In this document: in pieces, positions 1 to 6,152 of the stretch
How the letters are laid out: each line of letters opens with the position of its first letter
How positions within the stretch are numbered: position 1 is the first letter of the stretch
Assembly (NCBI GenBank): GCA_038740245.1
Contig: JAVYLZ010000015.1
Coordinates: 1 to 14,524, forward strand
Reading direction: 5' to 3'
DNA length: 14,524 nt
From: Candidatus Micrarchaeia archaeon
GTDB lineage: Archaea; Micrarchaeota; Micrarchaeia; CAILAH01
Made by a program: the position numbers and the translations under genes
The notes under the pieces: model-generated
Seen by the model: only the letters and a program-made list of their open reading frames with translations
Told to the model about the DNA's origin: nothing
Database searches by the model: none

Positions 1-57
1 CCAAAAGCAGATGCTATCAGCCACAACAGCGGTTTGCCTAACGCTGCCGGGCTTCAT
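1..57 (-). CDS. Possible 5' part of a gene running off the left edge (MKPGSVRQTAVVADSICFW...), product unknown
   Basis: Open frame from ATG at 57 to the window edge, with a GGTGG Shine-Dalgarno-like motif just upstream and a TTTATATA box near 81-88 on the minus strand. Alternative ATG at 69. Too short to identify. Confidence 0.35.
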   Translation of the reverse strand, partial: MKPGSVRQTAVVADSICFW

Positions 58-178
58 AACCACCAACATCTGGCTGGCAATATATAAAAACATGCCGCGC
101 TCTAGCAAAAATTTGTGCATATTATCTTTTATTGTCTTGCGCTATAATATTAGCGCTGAAAAGGGATGTGGTGGTGCC

Positions 179-331
179 ATGGCATTTGAAAAAATGATTG
201 TATGCCCCTGCTGCAGGGCTGAGAAGGGGATGGATTTTGTGATTTTTGAAAAAGACGGCGAGTTCCACTGCCCGCACAATCCAGGGCACAAGTTCAAGTT
301 CAACAGCGACGGCCTTATTGTTTTCCTTTAA
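179..331 (+). CDS. Small Zn-ribbon-like protein, 50 aa
   Basis: MAFEKMIVCPCCRAEK...FHCPHNPGHKF contains CxxC plus CxxxxxH metal-binding knuckles. GGTGGTG RBS lies directly before ATG 179. The ORF-track extension to 11 crosses an AT-rich promoter region. Confidence 0.7.
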   Translation: MAFEKMIVCPCCRAEKGMDFVIFEKDGEFHCPHNPGHKFKFNSDGLIVFL

Positions 332-358
332 TTCCATTTCCTGATTTTTCCAAAAAAG

Positions 359-572
359 TGGAGGGGAGGAGATTTATTCGCCACGGATGCCGTGGGTTGC
401 GAAGGGCAGTGCAGGGGACCCTCCGTTTGAACTCCTGAACCCGCTAGGGGACCGGACTTTTTATTTACCAACCTAGCATTTTCGCGGGGCGAAAATAGCT
501 GGGGTTGCGAATGGGGCGGATACACCCCATTCGTCCTAAATCCGGCGCGTTTGACCGCTCCGCCACCCCTCC
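359..572 (-). tRNA. tRNA-Leu(TAG) with two introns: 458-534 (77 nt, position 37/38) and 374-426 (53 nt, T-loop, about 58/59)
   Basis: Spliced product, 84 nt: GGAGGGG TG GCGGAGCGGTCAAACGC G CCGGA TTTAGG^G TCCGG TCCCCTAGCGGGTTC AGGAG TTCAA^AT CTCCT CCCCTCC A. Perfect acceptor, anticodon and T stems, long variable arm, A73, no encoded CCA. Relaxed BHB-like junctions: TTTA/TAAA helix with AA|G bulge, and GTTC/GAAT helix with AA|A bulges. Confidence 0.92.
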
Positions 573-690
573 GAACGAAGTGAGGGGGTGCGGGACATCA
601 GCAAAGCTGATGCTGACCGCCACCCCTCCATAGAGGGCTCCGGCCACTATGGCCCGGTAATTTTTGCCTCGGCAAAAAATACGCGGACCC
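573..690 (-). other. Structured putative 5' leader of tRNA-Leu: hairpin array with a 13-nt direct repeat of the tRNA 5' end
   Basis: ccgccacccctcc occurs at both 560-572 and 617-629. Its imperfect inverted copy gagggggtgcgg is at 582-593. Hairpins catcagc-aaa-gctgatg (596-612) and tttttgcc-tc-ggcaaaaa (661-678). The nearest TATA box is at 712-718. Confidence 0.55.
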
Positions 691-711
691 ATTTCCTTGA
701 ACATTCCAAAC

Positions 712-724
712 TATATAACCTTTC
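712..724. promoter_or_regulatory. BRE/TATA element between divergent tRNA-Leu and nth, possibly bidirectional
   Basis: Minus strand reads GAAAGG-TTATATA. Plus strand reads TATATAA, starting 30 nt before the in-frame ATG at 742. Confidence 0.55.
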
Positions 725-741
725 TAATGAAACGTTTTCCG

Positions 742-1416
742 ATGCTTGGAAACAAAAAGTTTATGGCTGGCCTCCCCAAATGCCTTTCACGAATGGAAAA
801 AATGGCCAAAAAAATGGATGCGCCGGTAATGCGGCTTGAGGGCCATTCAAAGGAAACGCCTTTCAAGATTCTCGTATACACAATGCTCTCTGCGCGCACC
901 AGGGATGAAGCCACTATTGAGGCAGCAAAACGGCTTTTCTCACGGTTTAAGACGGTTAAGCAGATAGCTGAAGCCGATGAGGAGGAATTGCAGGAGCTCA
1001 TACGGCCAGTTGGGTTTTACAAAGAAAAGGCACGGCGCCTCAAGCAGATGTGCGTGCTCCTGCTGGGACGGTTCGGCGGCAAAGTCCCAAAAACACTGGA
1101 TGGCCTAACTTCACTTCCTGGCGTGGGCATCAAGACCGGCAACATTGTGCTCGCGCGGGCGTTTGGCCATAACGTTATCGGCGTTGATACCCACGTGCAT
1201 CGGATAAGCAATCGGCTGGGCCTCGTCAAAACAAAAACCCCGGAGCAAACAAGCGCGCTTCTCAATAAGGGCATCCCAGAAAAATACAGGAGGCGGCTTA
1301 ACAGGATATTTGTGGGGTTTGGGCAAACGATATGCAGGCCGGTTGGGCCAAGGTGCGGCATATGCCCCATTTACGAGATATGCCCGCGCATAGGCGTGCA
1401 TACGAAACATTTATAA
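742..1416 (+). CDS. nth: Endonuclease III (HhH-GPD DNA glycosylase/AP lyase with 4Fe-4S cluster)
   Basis: PFKILVYTMLSARTRD, HhH motif LPGVGIKTG with catalytic Lys, VDTHVHRISNRLG with catalytic Asp, and C-x6-C-x2-C-x5-C (CRPVGPRCGICPIYEIC). Start uncertain (742, 763 or 793). The ORF-track start at 664 overlaps the tRNA leader and promoter. Confidence 0.93.
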   Translation: MLGNKKFMAGLPKCLSRMEKMAKKMDAPVMRLEGHSKETPFKILVYTMLSARTRDEATIEAAKRLFSRFKTVKQIAEADEEELQELIRPVGFYKEKARRLKQMCVLLLGRFGGKVPKTLDGLTSLPGVGIKTGNIVLARAFGHNVIGVDTHVHRISNRLGLVKTKTPEQTSALLNKGIPEKYRRRLNRIFVGFGQTICRPVGPRCGICPIYEICPRIGVHTKHL

Positions 1417-1461
1417 TAATAAAATGAGAAGGACATCTGGTTATTCGGCTGCGGTGAGTGG

Positions 1462-2391
1462 ATGGTTAAAGGTTCTCTTGTCAAAAAGAAGTATGATTTA
1501 AGCCTTGTCCCTGTGCGGAACGACGGTGCCAACGTGGGGCTGCGCAAGTCAATAAAGGAAGACCTGCGCGAGGGCGCAACACACACGGAGATTGCGCTGA
1601 AGCTGCTGAATAATGAGGAGGCAAAGGTGCGCATAAACCCCAAAATACTAACTCCGGACGCAGTCATCGCAAAATTCGTGGCCGAAAACCCTGAGCTTGC
1701 AAAAAACCACAAGGAAGTGCTCGCTGAATCCTCGCGCATAAACTACAGCCTTGATAAGGCGCCCAACCACAAGGCGTTTGCGATATGGGCGCTCGTATCC
1801 TCGCACCTGTTTTACCCTGAGATAAGCGGCAGGCATTTCACCAAGCACCCCACTTTTGAGCACGCCGAGATGGACCTGAAGGAGCTTTACTCAAGCCTTG
1901 GCAAGGTGCTGCAGGGTGAGGACGGGCCGCACATTGACACGATTGCAAAGTTCACTGACAAGATGGCAACTGAGACTGCCACCGTGCGTACAATGCTTGA
2001 TGAGGAAGAGCAGCGTGTCTCAGAGCTTGTGCAGGATGCACGGAAAGTGTGCGACCTTCTGCACGCTGCCGGCTACAAGGCAATAGTGCTTAAGGAAGGC
2101 GAGAAGATTGACCCGCTGGTGCTCAACATCGCAGCCAATTCGGAAGATGAGCGGGCGTTCTTGGTTGTAAAGCCGAGCGGCAAGCGGCTCAAGGTTTCCC
2201 TGAGGGCAGTCAAGGGCAAAATTGGCGCAAACCTGTACCGTGTGCTTAATGAGGAAGAGCGCATTGCGCGCGGCGGCGAAGAGCTTCACGATACGTGGAG
2301 TGGGAGCCAAATCGCGGGCGGTGCACCGCTTGACGGCACGGCAATAAGCTTTGGCAGGCTGGCTGTGGTGCTTTCAAAGCATAAATGCTAA
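1462..2391 (+). CDS. Hypothetical protein, 309 aa, with a DHHA1-like C-terminal domain (possibly a degenerate DHH-family protein)
   Basis: GGTGAG RBS upstream. The C-terminus KVSLR...LYRVLNEEE...WSGSQIAGGAP..GTAIS resembles the DHHA1 S-x-R / GG..AGG pattern. No intact DxD or DHH motif is visible. Confidence 0.6.
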   Translation: MVKGSLVKKKYDLSLVPVRNDGANVGLRKSIKEDLREGATHTEIALKLLNNEEAKVRINPKILTPDAVIAKFVAENPELAKNHKEVLAESSRINYSLDKAPNHKAFAIWALVSSHLFYPEISGRHFTKHPTFEHAEMDLKELYSSLGKVLQGEDGPHIDTIAKFTDKMATETATVRTMLDEEEQRVSELVQDARKVCDLLHAAGYKAIVLKEGEKIDPLVLNIAANSEDERAFLVVKPSGKRLKVSLRAVKGKIGANLYRVLNEEERIARGGEELHDTWSGSQIAGGAPLDGTAISFGRLAVVLSKHKC

Positions 2392-2392
2392 G

Positions 2393-3193
2393 CTAACCCT
2401 TCTTTTCTGGCGCGTGCGCAGGAAGCCGTATTTTGCCCAGAAGCGCGGCCAGTTTTGATATCTCAACTGACTTGCTTTCCACTATTGAGACCTTTGCATC
2501 ATCAAGGCGCATAAGCAGAAATGCAAGGTCCTGCTCCTCCTTTAAGTCGGAGGCAAACTTTGAGAGCACATCAGCACTTAGCCGTGCGCTGCCGCTGCCG
2601 TACGCACCTACCATCAGCACGCGGCGCTCAAGCACGTGCGGGCCCTTGTAAACCTCAAACACCGAGGCCGGCTTCCTGAGCAGTGTGCCTTCCGTCTTTG
2701 GCTCAACTGCCATAAAATCCATGCCAAGGCTGCGCATAAATTCCACGGCTTCGGCGTGCCGCCCCTTTATGCTCGGTGAGGCAATAAATCCCTTGGCCTC
2801 AAACCCGTTCTCAGCCATGTAATCCCTTGCGGCAGTGGACATAAATGCGACCATGGCCTTTGCATTGCAATCCTTGGCAACCATAAAATCCTTGAGGTAT
2901 ATGTACTGGGAGGATTTTGAATAGATGAAATGCCCTACTGCAACCGCATTGCCGGCCATATCCTTGCCGATAATCATGAAATTGATGCTCTTGGTAATCC
3001 CGTAATCACGCGTGTAAGTGAGCCGGTCTATTATCTGGTCGTTTATGAAATTGCGGAGTATGGTGTCGCGCACAATCATGTTCAGCGCGTTTTGCTTGAG
3101 CGTCAGGTTTGAGCTGTCGGTCACCGTGAACGGAGTGACCATATAGCCCTGCGCGAGCGCCTGTGAAGACAGCTCTGCAAGCTCCTGTGACAT
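2393..3193 (-). CDS. Hypothetical protein, 266 aa, possible divergent GNAT-fold acetyltransferase
   Basis: Real start is likely MSQELAEL at 3193, with a TTTATA box at 3216-3221 suggesting a leaderless transcript. FMIIGKD..GNAVAVGHF...YIYLKDFMV and AVEFMRSLGMDF resemble the GNAT beta2-4 strands and motif B. Confidence 0.6.
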   Translation of the reverse strand: MSQELAELSSQALAQGYMVTPFTVTDSSNLTLKQNALNMIVRDTILRNFINDQIIDRLTYTRDYGITKSINFMIIGKDMAGNAVAVGHFIYSKSSQYIYLKDFMVAKDCNAKAMVAFMSTAARDYMAENGFEAKGFIASPSIKGRHAEAVEFMRSLGMDFMAVEPKTEGTLLRKPASVFEVYKGPHVLERRVLMVGAYGSGSARLSADVLSKFASDLKEEQDLAFLLMRLDDAKVSIVESKSVEISKLAALLGKIRLPAHAPEKKG

Positions 3194-3227
3194 GCTAGTA
3201 TATTGGCAGTGTGTGTATAAAAAGGTA

Positions 3228-3555
3228 TAGCCCCGCCAGGATTTCCGACCCTGTAACACACCACTTTTAGGGGGGAGGGTCCCGCACGACACGCATTCGG
3301 CAAAGCCGAATTGTGCCCCATCTTCGCAAAGCGAAGATGATGGGTGGAGGGGATGTGCCCCTCCCATCAGTGTTCGAACCTGGGTCTATGGGTTTCTCTA
3401 ATGTGTTTTCGGGCGAGCCCGAAAACTGCCGGGTTTGTAAGGGCAGGCACTCCATCCCACGGTTTTTGAGCTTGCTCAAAAACTCCCGGGGTTATATGGA
3501 GCGGCAGCCCACTATTTCCAAAGCCCACCATCCTTGGCCACTAGACGACGGGGCT
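3228..3555 (-). tRNA. tRNA-Gln(TTG) with two introns: 3394-3517 (124 nt, 37/38) and 3242-3372 (131 nt, T-loop 59/60)
   Basis: Spliced product, 73 nt: AGCCCCG TC GTCTAGTGGCCAAGGAT G GTGGG CTTTGG^A CCCAT AGAC CCAGG TTCGAA^T CCTGG CGGGGCT A. Archaeal Gln A1-U72 pair. Both junctions form good BHB motifs: CTTT/AGAG with GG|A and AA|A bulges, and TTCG/CGGA with AA|C and AA|T bulges. Confidence 0.95.
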
Positions 3556-3582
3556 ATACAACCCTAATTAGTGCGGAAAAAC

Positions 3583-3590
3583 CATATATA
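3583..3590 (-). promoter_or_regulatory. TATA box of tRNA-Gln
   Basis: TATATATG on the minus strand, about 28-35 nt upstream of tRNA position 1. Confidence 0.5.
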
Positions 3591-3623
3591 CCTGCACAAA
3601 AAGCAGCGCCCACTCCCCAACGG

Positions 3624-4352
3624 TCAGCGGACTTCCTCATAATGCGAATGCGGCCTCCCAAACAGTTCGTACCTGAGGGTGTTTGATGCGTGGAACCCGA
3701 CAAACTTTATGTAGCCCCATTTCTTAAGCCGGCGCACGCTCGTGTAAACGACTGCATCGTTATGGAATGCAAACTTGCCTTTTCCTACAAGGCGCATGCT
3801 TAGATCCCCGTCCTCAAAGGTTACGAGTTTTTCGTTGAACCCGCCAACCTCAAAAAACCTGTCCCTGCGGAATGCGCTGTTTGAGCCTATAAATGCAGGT
3901 TTCCCAAGCAGCAATAGCAATTTCATCCATTTTCTTGTGTAAAGCTTTGCGCCCGTGCTTACCAGCAGGTTTTCATGCCCGCGCAGGCGCTCAAGCGGGA
4001 GTATGGGGCCTGTTGCAGCTATGCAATCTTTATCAGCAAACGCATCATGGTATGCTGCGACAAGTCGCTTTGAGGCAACACTATCGCCGTCTATGAATAT
4101 CAGATGCTTGCCCTTCGCCGCCTTTGCACCGGCATTCCTGCCAACTGCAATCCCCCGCGGGCACAGCACCACTTTATCAGCATATTTCTCTGCAATGTCA
4201 ACCGTGCTATCCGTGCTGTGGCTATCCGCAACAATAACTTCGTATGAGCAATCGGTATCCTGCAGTGCCAACGACTGCAGGCACCGCCCTATCAGCTTTT
4301 CCTCATTGAAAGTCGGGACTATGATGGAGAATTCCGGCAACGCACCCACCAT
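3624..4352 (-). CDS. Glycosyltransferase family 2
   Basis: FSIIVPTFNEE, EVIVADSHSTDST, GRNAGA, FIDGD (DxD), GGFNEKLVTFEDGDL, TSVRR. The ATG overlaps the ferredoxin stop (TGATG). Confidence 0.92.
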   Translation of the reverse strand: MVGALPEFSIIVPTFNEEKLIGRCLQSLALQDTDCSYEVIVADSHSTDSTVDIAEKYADKVVLCPRGIAVGRNAGAKAAKGKHLIFIDGDSVASKRLVAAYHDAFADKDCIAATGPILPLERLRGHENLLVSTGAKLYTRKWMKLLLLLGKPAFIGSNSAFRRDRFFEVGGFNEKLVTFEDGDLSMRLVGKGKFAFHNDAVVYTSVRRLKKWGYIKFVGFHASNTLRYELFGRPHSHYEEVR

Positions 4353-4639
4353 CAATAGACGCTTTCAACCTCAATTGCTCCATCCTTCTCAATTATAACC
4401 TGGCATGCGAGCCGCTTGTCATCCTCTGCACCGAGCATCTCCAGCGTCCTTGCCTCGTTTGGCGTCCTCTTGTTCAGGAACTCCATACCCTTTTTAATGC
4501 TCACAAGGCACGTGCCGCACCGGCCATCCGAGCACGCAAAGTGCACGCTGGCACCCTGCTCCTCAATCACCTTCTTGAGCGGTGTGCCCACAGGGACTTC
4601 CACTTCAATGTTATCTCCTGGAAACCTAACTTTTGCCAT
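4352..4639 (-). CDS. 2Fe-2S ferredoxin, 95 aa
   Basis: FACSDGRCGTC (C-x4-C-x2-C) followed by RLACQ. Confidence 0.92.
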   Translation of the reverse strand: MAKVRFPGDNIEVEVPVGTPLKKVIEEQGASVHFACSDGRCGTCLVSIKKGMEFLNKRTPNEARTLEMLGAEDDKRLACQVIIEKDGAIEVESVY

Positions 4640-4692
4640 CTAAATCAACCAAAGATATTATGAAAAGAGGTTTTTTAAGCATAAAATTGGAA

Positions 4693-5048
4693 AGCCCCCG
4701 ATGGGATTTTTGGGCAGCCAAAAGGGTTTTCTTTTGAACCCGAGGGCCTTTTCTTTTCCAAAAGAAAAGGGGCTCGAACCCACGACCTCTCGCTATAGGG
4801 GCGTATCCATCCCCTGTATCCCGGTAGTTTTCCGGCAAGGCCGAAAACAGCGCGGGGGCAGAATGGACTGCATTCCCTATTGTTGAGACGCACATCTTTG
4901 CAAGGCAAGAGTGCGCCAATTTCGCGCAGGGCGAAATTGAAGGGGGAAAGGGGGTTGCACGCAAAGCGTGCAAATTGTCGGCGAAGCCGACAAATGCCCC
5001 TTTCACCCTTCTTACAAGGCGAGCGCTCTACCACTGAGCTACGGAGGC
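4693..5048 (-). tRNA. tRNA-Thr(TGT) with two introns: 4795-5012 (218 nt, anticodon loop) and about 4707-4772 (66 nt, T-loop 59/60)
   Basis: Spliced product, 72 nt: GCCTCCG TA GCTC AGTGGTA GAGC G CTCGC CTTGTA^A GCGAG AGGTC GTGGG TTCGAG^T CCCAT CGGGGGC T. All four stems pair and U73 is typical of archaeal Thr. Exact splice points are uncertain by 1-2 nt because the BHB motifs are imperfect. Confidence 0.88.
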
Positions 5049-5072
5049 CTTTGTGGATTTTATGCAAGTAAT

Positions 5073-5080
5073 CTTTATAT
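5073..5080 (-). promoter_or_regulatory. TATA box of tRNA-Thr
   Basis: ATATAAAG on the minus strand, about 25-32 nt upstream of tRNA position 1. Confidence 0.45.
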
Positions 5081-5114
5081 CCTATCTGCATATTGGGAAT
5101 GCAAAAAAGGGGAT

Positions 5115-6152
5115 TTAAAACATCGTTGTAAACATCAGGTCAAGAGCGGCCATCACTATGAAAAGCACACCAAGCGCCGCAATAAGGAAGAACGGCAGTA
5201 TTTTGAGGCCGTTCCTTGCCGAGCCGGTCTGAATGACTGCAAGTATGAAAGACGCAAACACCGATGTTATTGTTATTGCAAGTATTGAGAACAGCTTAAA
5301 GTCATCTGCGGTTATCTGCGGTGGCGAGAACCCGATTATCCCAAAGCCGCCCTGCGAAACCTCAGGGACGTTTGCCCATACCGCGCCCAGCGTGCCAATG
5401 AGCTTGGATGAGACAGCAAACAGGATAGGGGCACCCACTATCGCCGCAAATGATATGAATATGACATACATCAGCATCGATGAGCTGGCCTCCTTGTACA
5501 TTATCTGCATCCTGCGCAGGTCTGCGGCCGTGCGCTCAAGTATCTCACCAATCTCGCCACCTGATGCAATGCCGAACTTCAGGACGCTGACCGTCCTCTG
5601 CAGGTATTTTGAGTTGAACCTGTTTGACAGGTATGTGAGCGAATCCGAGATGGACTCGCCGCTGAACGTCCTCTTCATGGCAATCTGGACTTCCTTTGCG
5701 AGAATGCCAAACTCAGGGGTGGCCGCACGCCAGAGCGCCTGCTCAACTGGCAGGCCCGCACGCACGTTTGCCGCGGCCAGCTGCAGGAAATCCGGAAGCA
5801 CTGCCTCCAGCTCACGCTTGCGCGCGTCAATCTGGACGAGAAAATATGCGTACAGAGCTATAGCCACTGCAAGCAGTGTTGCAACTTCAACTGCAACGAG
5901 CATTACAATTGCACCGATAACCTCGGCAAGCGGTGTGCCCATGCCTGCAAACGGTGCTGAAAACGCCTGCAGCCACGACGTTGAGAAAATTGATACAATG
6001 AATACGACAAGCCCCAGCGCGAGCGAGTAGGCAACCGTTGTGCCAAGTAGGGCTTCCGCCTCTCCCATAACACCGGCAGTGTCAATAAACCTGCCAACAC
6101 TGCGGACAATGCCTCGCGGCAGCAAGTGACCCATCTTTTCAAACGTGCTCAT
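5115..6152 (-). CDS. Type II secretion F-domain / TadC-FlaJ-like pilus assembly membrane platform protein
   Basis: ELEAVLPDFLQLAAANVRAGLPVEQAL...EFGILAKEV...SGGEIGEILE is a T2SSF signature, with multiple transmembrane segments. Confidence 0.88.
   Translation of the reverse strand: MSTFEKMGHLLPRGIVRSVGRFIDTAGVMGEAEALLGTTVAYSLALGLVVFIVSIFSTSWLQAFSAPFAGMGTPLAEVIGAIVMLVAVEVATLLAVAIALYAYFLVQIDARKRELEAVLPDFLQLAAANVRAGLPVEQALWRAATPEFGILAKEVQIAMKRTFSGESISDSLTYLSNRFNSKYLQRTVSVLKFGIASGGEIGEILERTAADLRRMQIMYKEASSSMLMYVIFISFAAIVGAPILFAVSSKLIGTLGAVWANVPEVSQGGFGIIGFSPPQITADDFKLFSILAITITSVFASFILAVIQTGSARNGLKILPFFLIAALGVLFIVMAALDLMFTTMF

Noticed and set aside
359..572. tRNA-Ser identity or a split/permuted tRNA
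   Set aside because: The anticodon reads TAG with A73 (Leu). All exons are collinear on one strand, so cis-splicing suffices.
328..839. ORFs 328-525, 465-704 and 588-839, and the 664 start of nth
   Set aside because: They overlap tRNA-Leu, its leader and promoter, and have no protein-like features.
3242..3372. Hammerhead ribozyme or box C/D guide in the Gln T-loop intron (CTGATGG near the 5' end, GAAA at the 3' end)
   Set aside because: The core reads CUGAUGG rather than CUGANGA and is sequestered in the TGATGGG/CCCATCA stem. No RUGAUGA box C is present.
3194..3567. N-terminal extension of ORF 2393-3367, and ORFs 3267-3479 and 3313-3567
   Set aside because: They overlap tRNA-Gln. A TATA box with an ATG at 3193 explains the real gene.
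4747..4770. ccttttctttt-cc-aaaagaaaagg as a transcription terminator
   Set aside because: It lies inside the tRNA-Thr T-loop intron and is better explained as one of the intron hairpins.
374..5012. CRISPR array interpretation of the repeated hairpins
   Set aside because: The hairpins are not identical direct repeats, spacing is irregular, and there are no cas genes in the window.
4626..5091. ORFs 4626-5006, 4675-5091, 4701-4886 and 4880-5071 as intron-encoded proteins (e.g. a homing endonuclease)
   Set aside because: They run through tRNA exons and palindromes, show no LAGLIDADG/HNH-like motif, and the introns are too short to encode such enzymes.
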